IMG/VR virus record: IMGVR_UViG_2879469214_000007
Location: 1 to 64,000 of that record
Direction: 5' to 3' (one strand)
Origin: a virus
Taxonomy: Duplodnaviria; Heunggongvirae; Uroviricota; Caudoviricetes
Length of the DNA: 64,000 bases
Below the pieces are notes generated by a model. The model was given only the letters and a program-made list of their open reading frames with translations, was not told the origin of the DNA and searched no databases. Positions 36,551-46,829 of the stretch are shown here, one piece after another. The translations under genes were made by a program, and so were the position numbers. The stretch's first letter is position 1; the number at the start of each line of letters is the position of its first letter.

Positions 36551-36941
36551 GAACCGGAGAATCTAATTCCGGCTGGTACTCAGGGAACGGGCTGTGAAAC
36601 CCAAGCTGTCGCTCCACCAAGAACATGATATTTGCGAATGCTTCCCTGCCGATTTTCGGCATCAAGTCATTTAGCATGATTCGTGTTGCTAATGGGTACA
36701 TTGGTGTGCCGTCATAGGCAATGTAATGCACGAGACTTGCTACGGTAACGATGTCTCTTACAGGGTCATCAGCGTCAACCACTTCACAGAAAGCTTGAGT
36801 GTGTTGGACAACCTTCTTGATATAATCAATGTCTCTCTCAGTAAAGGAGTCCGGGTCCATCTTGGAGATGGCTTCAACGGCAAACTCTCTGAGATTATCG
36901 TCACCAATCAATTCAAATTCGTCTTGAAAGTTATGAATCAT
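36504..36941 (-). CDS. hypothetical protein
   Basis: 145-aa ORF with no confident motif. Confidence 0.35.
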   Translation of the reverse strand: MIHNFQDEFELIGDDNLREFAVEAISKMDPDSFTERDIDYIKKVVQHTQAFCEVVDADDPVRDIVTVASLVHYIAYDGTPMYPLATRIMLNDLMPKIGREAFANIMFLVERQLGFHSPFPEYQPELDSPVHAWLLPLAIKLSKDV

Positions 36942-37489
36942 AGAATGACACCCTCTGCTCTCAAAATCTCTTTGATGGTTTCGATTGTTTTTTCAAAGTC
37001 GCCGTTTGGATTCTCAACCACATAGTCATAGAAAGACATGTTGTTCAGTTCATCCGTGAATGTACTCAGGCGCTTTGCAACACTTGCGTCTGCATCTCCG
37101 CGATTTACCATTCGTCCCTTGGCTTCTTCTCCACTTGTGTAAACGAAGATAGAAACCGTGTTTTCCCAAAGTCTTTCTAACTGTTCTTTTCCGTCGATAT
37201 TAACAATTGCAAAAGCATTCCCTCTAGCTATTTTGTTGCTGAACTCTTCGGCTGTAATTCCATAGCTTTCATCGCCATAGGTGGCGAACTCAGCTAGCCC
37301 ATCGTTCTTAAGCAACTCTTCGAATGTGTTCTTGTCGATGTATGTATAATCGACTCCCTCCACTTCGCCGGGGCGTGGTGCCCTTGTCGTAAAACTCACG
37401 ACTTCATTGCTCATTATTCTTCGCATAAGGGATGTCTTTCCTGAGCCTGACGGACCAGACACAAGAATTAAGGTGTTGTTATAAGACAA
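36938..37489 (-). CDS. gmk: guanylate kinase-like (d)NMP kinase
   Basis: The P-loop is LILVSGPSGSGKTSL. SFTTRAPRPGEVEGVDYTYIDK matches the guanylate kinase TTRxPRxGExxGxDYxFV motif. Confidence 0.7.
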   Translation of the reverse strand: MSYNNTLILVSGPSGSGKTSLMRRIMSNEVVSFTTRAPRPGEVEGVDYTYIDKNTFEELLKNDGLAEFATYGDESYGITAEEFSNKIARGNAFAIVNIDGKEQLERLWENTVSIFVYTSGEEAKGRMVNRGDADASVAKRLSTFTDELNNMSFYDYVVENPNGDFEKTIETIKEILRAEGVIL

Positions 37490-37540
37490 GTAAATTTCCC
37501 CTTCTTGTTATGTTTCAATTATATTATAAGTGTTGATATA

Positions 37541-37831
37541 CTATATAACGAGTTTGTAGATTGCTACATTGCGGTTCGTGTCTTCATCCTTACGTTTTCC
37601 CACAACCTCAACTGCCTTCATACTGACAAGCTCATTCAGTCGTGGGTGAACGTAGTTACGATTGAATACTGGCGTTTTCCCTTGTGCATGTAACAATTTA
37701 GCCAGTTGATTAGCTGTTGCTTCCCCATTGAGCTGTGCAAGACCTTCAAGGCATTGCTTATGTCGTTCAGCTACCGTTTCCATCATTCGGTTATAACTTT
37801 CAGACCGGGTTTCCAAAGTAATGTTGCTCAT
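37541..37831 (-). CDS. winged-helix transcription regulator
   Basis: GEATANQLAKLLHAQG...PRLNELVSMKAVEVVGKRKDE gives a MarR-like wH region. Confidence 0.35.
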   Translation of the reverse strand: MSNITLETRSESYNRMMETVAERHKQCLEGLAQLNGEATANQLAKLLHAQGKTPVFNRNYVHPRLNELVSMKAVEVVGKRKDEDTNRNVAIYKLVI

Positions 37832-37988
37832 TTAAGAAGCACGCTCCCTTACATTCGTTTAGATTTATTGTCCAGCAATTTGATTTCGTAAATCGCTCTT
37901 TTTACCACATATACTGTGCCTGTGCATATCAATGCCGCCAAACAGAGGATAAGGACACCTAGCAAGAGAGTTCCTAAAAAACTTGCCA

Positions 37989-38234
37989 TTATACTCCGCC
38001 CTCAATAAAGGATTTCAGGTTCTTTTGAACGTTAACATTCGCGACAATACCTTGCTTTGCTTCTTCGGCATGACGAAGGAGTTGTTCTGCTTTAGCCTGT
38101 GCGTCATCTGCAACCTTACCAAGAACTTCATTCGCGCTATCTAGCTCGTCGTGCGCTCTTTGGAACATCCCCATAGCTCCTTTTGCTCGCTTGGATGCTC
38201 GTAGAATCTGCTTGCTGTGGTTCTTTTTAAACAA
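37989..38234 (-). CDS. hypothetical protein
   Basis: 81-aa ORF with SD AGGGAGGAAAAATC upstream. It is preceded by a conserved promoter element. Confidence 0.35.
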   Translation of the reverse strand: MFKKNHSKQILRASKRAKGAMGMFQRAHDELDSANEVLGKVADDAQAKAEQLLRHAEEAKQGIVANVNVQKNLKSFIEGGV

Positions 38235-38275
38235 TGATTTTTCCTCCCTGTGATTAATGTCATTGTATTGCTTTG

Positions 38276-38326
38276 TATTATACTTATATTATAACTGAAA
38301 GACAAAAGATTTGGCAAGGACGAACA
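38276..38326 (-). promoter_or_regulatory. conserved phage promoter element (minus-strand copy)
   Basis: The reverse complement reads TCGTCCTTGCCAAATC...TTATAATATAAG. Confidence 0.5.
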
Positions 38327-38358
38327 TCAATTATTATTCGTCCTATTATTTGCCATTT

Positions 38359-39534
38359 TTATTTCTTCTTTTTCCTGAGCGTGTGACTCTGAATTTGCTT
38401 GCTAGCCGAAGCTTCCAGCATGTTTTTCAGGTCAGTGTCTTTTCCTACGAGCTTATCAACTTCACCCTTATTTACTGAAAGCAAGTTGTGATAATGCTCA
38501 GGGAACAGCTCCATAACCGTATCAATGCTGTAGTGCGTTCTCAGGTTCGGAGTTAGGAATCGTTCTCCATTCTTCGTATGGATTGGAGAGTTATCGGACT
38601 TCTTAAGTGTTGTCTTGAAGTGTGTTTCAATTTCCTTCTTACGACCATCCAGAATCTTAAGATGGATATTGATTTTCTCAAGCTGTTCATCTAATTCATC
38701 ATTAGATAATCCATTGAGGGTAAAATCCTCTTCCGCTTCTCCATTGATAAGATTGTTGTAGCTTTCACAAAGATGTTTCGCATCGCACCAGCCACAGAAT
38801 TTATTCAGGGTAGCAACATGAGTGTTGTCTTCTCGAATCTTATAAAAGACGCTAATCAACCACTTCTTGAATGTCTCTCTTTCTGCATCTGTTCTGGATG
38901 TTCTGACCGGAACGCCCAAGCGTACATATTGAAGCTCCTGTGTGACCGTTTTAAAGTCTGGAAACAGCAAGTGAGATACAAGGTCATACATACTCATTTG
39001 GATGTCGCTATCGGCTTCTGATTGCGTCATAGCCATTCGTGATGTCTTATAGTCCACTACGCGAAGAATGTCCCTCTCAGCATCATATTCTAATCGGTCG
39101 ATGAAGCCGAAGATAATCGGAGCATCTTCATCCTCAAGAGATTTCAAGAACTCCCTTACTTCCTCGCTTTTTTCCCAGTTTACTGCATTCGTATCGTAAA
39201 TCTTCCCTGTTGCAATATTGATGGCAAATGGTAACTCAAATCCCATTGGCACATGTTCATCCTTGTTGTTCATCATAAGGAAGTTGTTGATAATTTCGAA
39301 CCCATCCCTGAAAAACTCCGGGTCCATGATATCCGCCTTATTCCACTCTTCCTCATATAACTGCTGGATGTCTGTGTCTTCTTGGTAATAGCGCTCAAAG
39401 ACGCTGTGCATCAGCGTACCGAATGTAAGGTGAAGCGCACCGCCCCTTACTTTGTTCTCATATGTCTGATGATAAGACTCCGCACACTGCAAGTATTTCT
39501 TAATACGCGATGCGGACATTGTGTATATAATCAA
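38359..39534 (-). CDS. PD-(D/E)XK nuclease with Fe-S Cys cluster (Cas4/RecB-family exonuclease-like)
   Basis: Cys near the N-terminus (YLQCAESY) plus a C-terminal CGWCDAKHLCES gives the 1+3 Cys cluster seen in Cas4/AddB. RVVDYKTS is the D-x-K motif. Confidence 0.5.
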   Translation of the reverse strand: MIIYTMSASRIKKYLQCAESYHQTYENKVRGGALHLTFGTLMHSVFERYYQEDTDIQQLYEEEWNKADIMDPEFFRDGFEIINNFLMMNNKDEHVPMGFELPFAINIATGKIYDTNAVNWEKSEEVREFLKSLEDEDAPIIFGFIDRLEYDAERDILRVVDYKTSRMAMTQSEADSDIQMSMYDLVSHLLFPDFKTVTQELQYVRLGVPVRTSRTDAERETFKKWLISVFYKIREDNTHVATLNKFCGWCDAKHLCESYNNLINGEAEEDFTLNGLSNDELDEQLEKINIHLKILDGRKKEIETHFKTTLKKSDNSPIHTKNGERFLTPNLRTHYSIDTVMELFPEHYHNLLSVNKGEVDKLVGKDTDLKNMLEASASKQIQSHTLRKKKK

Positions 39535-39539
39535 ATATT

Positions 39540-39842
39540 CTACTCCTTGTCTTTTTTGATTAAGCCGCCGTACTTCGCCAGCTCATAACCTTCCGGCATA
39601 TCAACTGTTTCCCAATCTTCCGAATACGACGATGCTGGGAACCCAAGCGTTTTAACCAAACCGTTTAGTTCTTCATTCCACATATGAATAGATACTCCAA
39701 ATGAAGAAAAATGAACTGTGCCATATTCCCCAGTAGTCTTATTCCGAACAATATCTCCAACTTTAATCATAGAGTTTCTTCCTCCACCTCTACATACAGT
39801 AGGTCTTGCTTGCCAACTTGCGCCGATTTTCTTACCGTCCAC
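39540..39842 (-). CDS. hypothetical protein
   Basis: 100-aa ORF. Confidence 0.3.
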   Translation of the reverse strand: MDGKKIGASWQARPTVCRGGGRNSMIKVGDIVRNKTTGEYGTVHFSSFGVSIHMWNEELNGLVKTLGFPASSYSEDWETVDMPEGYELAKYGGLIKKDKE

Positions 39843-40048
39843 TCGATTCGACCAAAGGAATCTATATACTGAACCCCGTCATCGAATATCTGGAACTTGT
39901 CGCCTTTTTGAAGCTCGTCGAAAGGTTTAACAACCCATGCTCCATTTTGAAAAACTCTGACTACTCGATTTACCTCTTTGCTTTTCATGTTGTAACCCTC
40001 CATTATATGATATTTATAATATAATATTAGAGGGGAATAACCCCTCAT
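39767..40048 (-). CDS. hypothetical protein
   Basis: 93-aa ORF with SD GGAGGGTTAC upstream. It partially overlaps the downstream ORF. Confidence 0.3.
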   Translation of the reverse strand: MRGYSPLILYYKYHIMEGYNMKSKEVNRVVRVFQNGAWVVKPFDELQKGDKFQIFDDGVQYIDSFGRIEWTVRKSAQVGKQDLLYVEVEEETL

Positions 40049-40051
40049 TTA

Positions 40052-40552
40052 TTAGCGCTCGTAGACTTCAAACCTGTAGGTGTATTCACTGTTCAAATCT
40101 GTTTGTGGTAGAGTTGTAACGCTTCTCCAAAGTCTGCCGCCCTCAATCTCTCCGATTGGGAAATAGGTGTCTGCTTCAAACTCAGCGTCTACTCTCGTGA
40201 GGTACATCAGGTCAGCTATAGCTAAGAAATTCTTATACATTTCGCCGCCGCCAGCTACATACAGGTTGCTGACATTGTTTTTGTAGCAATACTCCATGAC
40301 CTCTCCGATAGTATTCATAACTTGATAGCCAGGAATCTCAATGTCATAATTCTGTTTTGTGGTTACGACAATCACAGTTCGATTACGCAATGGTTTCTTA
40401 ATAGATTCAAATGTCTTGCGACCCATAACCAGCACATTACCCTCTGTCATCGTTCGGAAGTATTTCAAATCCTCTGGAATCTTCCAAGGCAAGTCTCCAT
40501 TCAACCCAAGTTCACCGTTTTTGCCAATAGCGGCAATCAATGCAATTTTCAT
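40052..40552 (-). CDS. folA: dihydrofolate reductase
   Basis: [51 protein letters not shown] is the canonical DHFR N-terminus. Confidence 0.85.
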   Translation of the reverse strand: MKIALIAAIGKNGELGLNGDLPWKIPEDLKYFRTMTEGNVLVMGRKTFESIKKPLRNRTVIVVTTKQNYDIEIPGYQVMNTIGEVMEYCYKNNVSNLYVAGGGEMYKNFLAIADLMYLTRVDAEFEADTYFPIGEIEGGRLWRSVTTLPQTDLNSEYTYRFEVYER

Positions 40553-41439
40553 ACACTTACCTCTCCTTTAATCGCTGGATGGAATACATAATCAACCAGC
40601 TCGAAATCTTCATACTGGAAGTCAAAAATACCCTGCCCTCTGTCTTTGATTTTCATTGTTGGTAATGGCAATGGCTCTCTGCTCAGTTGCAGTTTTACTT
40701 GTTCTACATGATTATTGTAAATGTGCAAATCCCCAAAGGAATGAATGAACTCTCCCGGTTCCAATCCGCACGCTTTAGCCATTATCATAACAAGCAAAGC
40801 ATATGAAGCAATATTAAAGGGAACACCAAGGAAGCTGTCTGCACTGCGTTGTGTGAGCATACAAGATAGCTTTCCATCCGCTACATAGAACTGGAAGAAG
40901 CAATGGCACGGTGGTAGCGTCATTTCGTCAATCAGCGCCACATTCCATGCTGACACAATCAATCTTCGTGAATCAGGATTGTTCTTGATTTGCTCTACAA
41001 TATTAGCAATCTGGTCAATCTTCTCTCCGTTCAGACCTTCCCAACTACGCCACTGTTTTCCGTACACCGGTCCAAGGTCGCCATGCTTTTCAGCGAACTC
41101 AGCATCGCTCATAATACTTCCCACAAAACCATCCATAGATAGCGGTTCTATATTGTTCTGAGAACACCATTTTTTATATTCTCGGTACGCGTCTGCATTC
41201 CAAATCTTCACTTCATTATCCAATAACGTCTTAATATTGGTGTCACCAGATAGGAACCAGAGTAATTCATAAATGATTCCCTTAAGGTAGGTTCTTTTGG
41301 TTGTTACCAGCGGAAACCCTTCGGACAGGTCATATCGGTTTTGATAGCCGAAACAGGAAATGGTTCCTGTCCCGGTTCTATCGCCTTTTTGAGTACCGTT
41401 GTCCATAATATGCTGTAACATCTGTAGGTACTGTTTCAT
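40549..41439 (-). CDS. thyA: thymidylate synthase (ThyA type)
   Basis: DRTGTGTIS..., the LPPCH catalytic Cys, [20 protein letters not shown] with the dUMP-specific Asn, and the stop overlapping the DHFR start together indicate ThyA. Confidence 0.85.
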   Translation of the reverse strand: MKQYLQMLQHIMDNGTQKGDRTGTGTISCFGYQNRYDLSEGFPLVTTKRTYLKGIIYELLWFLSGDTNIKTLLDNEVKIWNADAYREYKKWCSQNNIEPLSMDGFVGSIMSDAEFAEKHGDLGPVYGKQWRSWEGLNGEKIDQIANIVEQIKNNPDSRRLIVSAWNVALIDEMTLPPCHCFFQFYVADGKLSCMLTQRSADSFLGVPFNIASYALLVMIMAKACGLEPGEFIHSFGDLHIYNNHVEQVKLQLSREPLPLPTMKIKDRGQGIFDFQYEDFELVDYVFHPAIKGEVSV

Positions 41440-41442
41440 TTA

Positions 41443-41706
41443 TTACTTTCCTTTCAAACGAGCGAATAGTGCTGTGTCGATTACCATGTCAAAGTATCGA
41501 GCACCGTAATCAGCGTACATCTTACCTTTGAGGGCATCGTCTGTATTTACTAGCTGGACGAACTCTGTGCCATCCTTACGACGACCAATCATGACCATTT
41601 CAGCCACATCATCCAAGCTAAATTCAGTTGCTACTTGCTCTACCGGCTCGGTTTCTTGCACTACTTCGTACTCAGCTTCTTTAATAATTTTCTCCATTTT
41701 ACTCAA
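41443..41706 (-). CDS. hypothetical protein
   Basis: 87-aa acidic ORF. Confidence 0.35.
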   Translation of the reverse strand: MSKMEKIIKEAEYEVVQETEPVEQVATEFSLDDVAEMVMIGRRKDGTEFVQLVNTDDALKGKMYADYGARYFDMVIDTALFARLKGK

Positions 41707-41744
41707 TCTGTTTACCTCCTATTGTATTATAATTATATTATAAG

Positions 41745-42347
41745 TTATTCGTTTTTGTCAAGGACGTAGCGGCTTGCATACTCCTTCTTAATCTTCTGAG
41801 TGCCGCGTTCGATTATCTTGTGAACATGCTTGTAATTCAAGCGTGTTTCGCTGGCAATATCACAAACCTTCATATCCTGCATAATGTGCATTCTAATGAT
41901 TTGTGCTTTCTTCTCGTCAAAGCAGTCATCTATTATTAGATTTAACTGTTCCCTAAAGTCACTTAAAAAAACGGTTTGAGAAAGGTCGTCTGAGTATATA
42001 AAATCATCGGAATCTCCCATTTCTACTTCCCTATTTTCGAATACATTTCTCTTCCCCTGATTGTAGTATTCAATCTCACGCCAATAGGCACGTAAGATAA
42101 CCAGTTTCGCATAATCAAGGAATGATGGGTTCTCGGCTTTAAAACTCTGACAAGCCTTATATAGCGCCAGTAGCCCCACCGAATAGAAATCATCGAACTC
42201 AAATTTATGATGATAGCTTGAGAATCTATTTGCCAATGATACCAGCAGAGGTTCAGCCACTCCGACCAGCTCTCCAAAGGCAATGTTGTCACCATGGCTA
42301 GCTGATAGCGCTAGCATGGATACTTCTTCTTTTGTTTTTAATGTCAT
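41745..42347 (-). CDS. phage-encoded sigma-70-family sigma factor
   Basis: The region-2-like segment is LLALYKACQSF...YAKLVILRAYWREIEYY. The region 4.2 HTH is MKVCDIASETRLNYKHVHKIIERGTQKIKKE. Confidence 0.5.
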   Translation of the reverse strand: MTLKTKEEVSMLALSASHGDNIAFGELVGVAEPLLVSLANRFSSYHHKFEFDDFYSVGLLALYKACQSFKAENPSFLDYAKLVILRAYWREIEYYNQGKRNVFENREVEMGDSDDFIYSDDLSQTVFLSDFREQLNLIIDDCFDEKKAQIIRMHIMQDMKVCDIASETRLNYKHVHKIIERGTQKIKKEYASRYVLDKNE

Positions 42348-45300
42348 GCAACAGCTTCCTTATTAGTCAGTTTATGAAGTTCGTCTCGTTTGTCATATAA
42401 ACTTAGAAGTTCTTCACATACTGCGCTAATCATATCCGCATTGTCGAATCCAATAACCTCTATAGTTTCCTCTGCCAGTTCAATTAGCTCTTGTACTTCT
42501 TGAAGTTCTTTCTCTATATCGCGTGCTGGCTCATAGCGGCTAGCGACATCGGGGCTAATCTCTTTGGCTTCGTTGACATTAACTTGTGCGTTCTCTCGAT
42601 AGTAATCAACTTTACCTTTGATGAAGATAACATTACCTTCACGAATCGTATTTCTAAAGCGGCTGTATCCCTCAGCAAAGATTGTGCATTTGATATCGCC
42701 TTGATATGCATCCTCAAGAATAAAGGTTGCCATCTCTTTCCCTTTACTTCTCCCGCTTTTAATTGGAATAGCTTTTAATTGTTTTACAACTCCGCCAGTG
42801 ATAACAGTTTGTCCGGCTGGTAGTGGTCTGTACATAGGCTCAGTTGGGTCTAATTCTTGACTATAAAGATATCTGAACTGCTCATCTGTCTCCAAGTCAT
42901 ACCCGTTCATGAGCACCCCTTTGTTAATTTCAAGGGAAGTGTAGGTTGATTTGCTACGGATGTACTCCACAAAGCCATCAAGCGGATGGTGAGCCATATA
43001 GAACCCTGTAAGCTCCTTCTCCATGTCGCACAGCTCTCTAGGAGAGAACTCCGGCAAGGATGGTGCTTTGTAGTCCCATAGCGGTTGATAGAACACGCTG
43101 ATATCGGCTACAGGCGTTTTGCGCTTAGCATTAGAAGTAATCCTTTGCTTAATCTTAGAATTGATTGCTATCAAGTCCTCTGCCGTCTGCAATAATGTTC
43201 TGCGGTTCAGCCCCAAGAAGTCGAATGCTCCTGCTTTAATCAGGGATGATACAACCGTTTTATTAACACTGGAACCCGTAAGTGTCATGAAGTCAATCAA
43301 GCTGTTAATAGCATGATTAATTTTAACCTCAAGGATATTTGCTACTGCCTTCGCCCCTACGCCTTTGATACCTGTAAGCCCAAAGTGAATACCTGTTTGG
43401 TCTACAGATGGCTCAAATTTGCTAGAAGAGTGGTTTACATCCGGTGCCAAGATACCAATGTCCATTCTGCGGCACTCGTTCAGGTACGGAACCATTTCCT
43501 CAATTTTTCCGCCCATCCAAGATGTCAGAACAGAAGCCATGAAGTGTACAGGATAATGTACTTTCAGATACATAGAGCGATAAGCCAAGTCAGCATACGC
43601 ACATGCATGGGCTTTGTTAAAGCCGTAACGAGCAAATGTTTCAATCTGCTTCCAGATATGTTCGGCAACATCCTCTGCTTTCTGGTCGCCACTTCCGGCA
43701 ACGAACTCAGAATTACTCAGGCATCCTCTAATAAACTTATCGTGCTGTGCTGGCATCTTATCCAATAGTTTCTTACCTACGATTTTACGAAGTTCGTCTG
43801 ATTCCGGCAGTGTAAATCCTGCAAGGACTACTGAGCCATTCATGACTTGCTCCTGATAGACGAATACCCCGAAGGTATTACCCAATACTTGCTCAAGCAA
43901 TGGATGGTCATATTCAACTGGTGCTTGTCCAGAAGCACGCTCTGAATAGATGTCTACCATTGTCTTTCCATAGTGAGGGCTGTTTTCATCTGTTACCTTC
44001 ATATCAAGTGGACCCGGACGGTACAATGCGTTAAGTGCTGTCAAATCCTCTATAGAGTTTGGCTTATTCTTTTTAAGCAAGGCTTGCATTCCGGGGGATT
44101 CAAATTGGAAGACTCCAAGAGAGTTGCCTTTATGGAACTCGGCATAGGTAGCTTCATCATCAAGCGGTATCTTGTCGATATCCAGCACTTCTCCTGTATG
44201 TCGCTCAATGCTGTTTAGCGTGTTTTTCACTACAGACAATGTGCGAAGTTTCAGGAAGTCCATTTTAACCAAACCAATAAGCTCTACATCGCCCATTTCC
44301 CATTGGGAGGTTAGGTCGCCATGGTCGCCCTTAAGTGCGGCAATCTCTGTCAATGGGATTGGAGAGATAAGCAATCCAGCGGCGTGCTGAGATGTATGGC
44401 GTTGCAATCCTTCCAGACGCTTACTTACATCAATGATTCGTTTGAACTCAGGCTCTACATCGTATGCATTTGCAAACTCAGGATAGCTCTCCATGATTTT
44501 CTCAATGGTGATGCCGATATCCTGAACCTGTCTGGTCATCGCGTTAATCTTTTCAAATGGGTAATCAAGAACCCTTGCCACATCTTTCATTACTGCTTTC
44601 GCGCCCAATGTTCCGAATGTGCCGATTTTAGCCACATACTCATGACCATATTTCTCTTTAATGTAATCAATAACTTCCTCGATGCGGTCGTAGTCGAAGT
44701 CCATATCAACGTCCGGAAGGGAAATACGAGATGGATTCAAGAAACGCTCAAAGATTAGACTGTAAGGCATTGGGTCAATGTCTGTGATTCGAAGCGAATA
44801 CAGAACCAATGAGCCAGCCCCGGAGCCGCGTCCTTTACCGACAGGAATATCATTTTCACGACAGAAGCGTACAGCGTCCCAAAGAATTAAGAAGTAAGTC
44901 GGGAATCCCATGTTAAGGATTACGCTAACCTCATATTCCATACGCTCAATATATTCTTCGAATGAAGCCATGCCCCATTCAAGTCCCAAAAGCTCTTTAT
45001 TTTGTTTCCTTTCCTCAATCCCATCTTTAACAAGACGCTTGAAATATTCTTCAATGCTTGCGTATGGTGCTGGAACTGGGAAGTCAGGGAATAGGTATTC
45101 CTTCGGACCCCAACTATGTTTTACCTTATCTTCGGATTCCTTGCGCTCATAAACGAGTGCATCAATTGTAACGTTACACTTGTCAGCCACTTGCAGAGTG
45201 TTCAATAATGCCTGAAAAGCTTTACCGGGTGCAATGTATTCCTCCAAGGCGCTAGCCATTTCGAACATCTCTTCATCAGACTTTACATAGAACTCGTCAC

Positions 45301-46285
45301 AATCCTTGAATCCCTCAAAGTCACTATTCATAAACTCGCTGAGCGTTTTACCGATACCATTTGACATGTGGATTCGGTGAGGTTCAGCATCAGTTCTCCA
45401 TGTGTAGTGAGAGTCATTAGTCATGACAAGTGGAATGTCGTAGGTTTCTGCAAGCTCAGCAACCACTGGGCTTACTTGTTCTTCAATTGAAAGGTCATGA
45501 TATTGCACCTCTAAATAGAAGTCGTCTCCGAAAACCTCTTTGTATTGTTGAACCAGCTCATTCGCTCTAATGCGTTCTTTCTCTGCATACTCGGCTTTCT
45601 GTTCTGCAATCACTTCATCAATGGTTGCATCGCCATATGGCTCCATCAACACGCTTAGATGTTTGTCGTTACAGTACAGCTCTGGATTCTCCGTTAACTC
45701 TTTCTCAAGCTCTGCTGAACTCTTGAAATCGAACAGGAACATGATTTGTTTTTCTAACAAGCTCACTGGGTTGCACATACGCTCAGCGGCTCTTGCCACT
45801 GCTGTTCCAACGTGACCCTCGATAGCAATAACGCCTTTGCTGTGTTTCTTAAGTAAATCAAAATCAATGGTTGGCTTTTTATAGAAGCCATCTGTGAACC
45901 CTAAAGTAGTCAGCTTAAGTAGATTTTTATATCCTTCGTTATCTTTCGCCAAAAGGACTAAGTGATTTTGTAAACGCACGAAATCATCTCCCGTGCGCTC
46001 CACTTCTGCTTCAATATCTGACTTGCTTTGTAGGGTGTGATTATGAGATACATATGCTTCAAAACCAAGAATTGGCTTAATGTCATTTTCAATGCAAGCT
46101 CTATAAAACTTAAGAACATTGTGCATGTTACCGTGGTCAGTAATCGCACAAGCATTGTGACCGATTTCCTTAAGGCGTTTCATTAGCCTTGGAATATCAT
46201 TTAGCCCGTCAAGGTGGGAAGCGTCTGTGTGCAGATGAAGGTTTACATACCCGCACGCATTATCTAGTACCTTAAATTGTGACAT
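42344..46285 (-). CDS. dnaE: DNA polymerase III alpha subunit (DnaE-type, PHP + polymerase core)
   Basis: N-terminal PHP motif VNLHLHTDASHLDG...ITDHGNMHN. The polymerase core motifs are GRGSGAGSLVLYSL and PDVDMDFD. Total length is 1313 aa. Confidence 0.85.
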   Translation of the reverse strand: MSQFKVLDNACGYVNLHLHTDASHLDGLNDIPRLMKRLKEIGHNACAITDHGNMHNVLKFYRACIENDIKPILGFEAYVSHNHTLQSKSDIEAEVERTGDDFVRLQNHLVLLAKDNEGYKNLLKLTTLGFTDGFYKKPTIDFDLLKKHSKGVIAIEGHVGTAVARAAERMCNPVSLLEKQIMFLFDFKSSAELEKELTENPELYCNDKHLSVLMEPYGDATIDEVIAEQKAEYAEKERIRANELVQQYKEVFGDDFYLEVQYHDLSIEEQVSPVVAELAETYDIPLVMTNDSHYTWRTDAEPHRIHMSNGIGKTLSEFMNSDFEGFKDCDEFYVKSDEEMFEMASALEEYIAPGKAFQALLNTLQVADKCNVTIDALVYERKESEDKVKHSWGPKEYLFPDFPVPAPYASIEEYFKRLVKDGIEERKQNKELLGLEWGMASFEEYIERMEYEVSVILNMGFPTYFLILWDAVRFCRENDIPVGKGRGSGAGSLVLYSLRITDIDPMPYSLIFERFLNPSRISLPDVDMDFDYDRIEEVIDYIKEKYGHEYVAKIGTFGTLGAKAVMKDVARVLDYPFEKINAMTRQVQDIGITIEKIMESYPEFANAYDVEPEFKRIIDVSKRLEGLQRHTSQHAAGLLISPIPLTEIAALKGDHGDLTSQWEMGDVELIGLVKMDFLKLRTLSVVKNTLNSIERHTGEVLDIDKIPLDDEATYAEFHKGNSLGVFQFESPGMQALLKKNKPNSIEDLTALNALYRPGPLDMKVTDENSPHYGKTMVDIYSERASGQAPVEYDHPLLEQVLGNTFGVFVYQEQVMNGSVVLAGFTLPESDELRKIVGKKLLDKMPAQHDKFIRGCLSNSEFVAGSGDQKAEDVAEHIWKQIETFARYGFNKAHACAYADLAYRSMYLKVHYPVHFMASVLTSWMGGKIEEMVPYLNECRRMDIGILAPDVNHSSSKFEPSVDQTGIHFGLTGIKGVGAKAVANILEVKINHAINSLIDFMTLTGSSVNKTVVSSLIKAGAFDFLGLNRRTLLQTAEDLIAINSKIKQRITSNAKRKTPVADISVFYQPLWDYKAPSLPEFSPRELCDMEKELTGFYMAHHPLDGFVEYIRSKSTYTSLEINKGVLMNGYDLETDEQFRYLYSQELDPTEPMYRPLPAGQTVITGGVVKQLKAIPIKSGRSKGKEMATFILEDAYQGDIKCTIFAEGYSRFRNTIREGNVIFIKGKVDYYRENAQVNVNEAKEISPDVASRYEPARDIEKELQEVQELIELAEETIEVIGFDNADMISAVCEELLSLYDKRDELHKLTNKEAVA

Positions 46286-46289
46286 AACC

Positions 46290-46817
46290 TTACGCCCCCA
46301 AATTCTGTTTAGTAAATGTAATTACAATGCCTAGCCCTTCTACGGAATCTTTGTACATTTGTAGTTCTGCTAGGTACTTCTCTGTATCAAATCCGGCTAA
46401 CCCCTGATAGTCCGATGTAGGGACAGGAGTATCACCTTCGCTAGCTTTTCTTAGGAATGTCTCCATGCTAGTAACACGATTTTGCATCCAGTTATAAAGA
46501 CGCTCCCATATAACAACTGGGATAGTATCAATCGCATTGTCATGCAGTGATTTTGTGACATCCGTATCCCCATTTTTAAAACGGGAGATTAATTCTAATC
46601 CATGGGCGATATTCCCAAGCATTTCGCTTCGCCCTTTAAGCTGAGCAGTATCAATAATGAGGTATGGGTTGTAATCTACATGACCGACTGGATTGGCTAT
46701 AAAGCCATCCAAATTCCTCTTCTCGTTCTGCATCCAGCTAAGCAAGACATCAATCATCTCAACAGATATTTTCCCTGCCGCTTCATCTCTTTCTTCTCTT
46801 TCAATCATTCCAAGCAC
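46290..46817 (-). CDS. hypothetical protein
   Basis: 175-aa ORF. Confidence 0.4.
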   Translation of the reverse strand: MLGMIEREERDEAAGKISVEMIDVLLSWMQNEKRNLDGFIANPVGHVDYNPYLIIDTAQLKGRSEMLGNIAHGLELISRFKNGDTDVTKSLHDNAIDTIPVVIWERLYNWMQNRVTSMETFLRKASEGDTPVPTSDYQGLAGFDTEKYLAELQMYKDSVEGLGIVITFTKQNLGA

Positions 46818-46829
46818 TCCTTGCTCTGC

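Noticed and set aside
40549-41439. Possibility that the ThyA homolog is a dUMP/dCMP hydroxymethylase indicating hypermodified DNA
   Set aside because: It has the canonical dUMP-specific Asn in PFNIASY and the LPPCH motif. It is also translationally coupled to DHFR, which is only needed when the enzyme produces dihydrofolate. It is therefore a bona fide thymidylate synthase.
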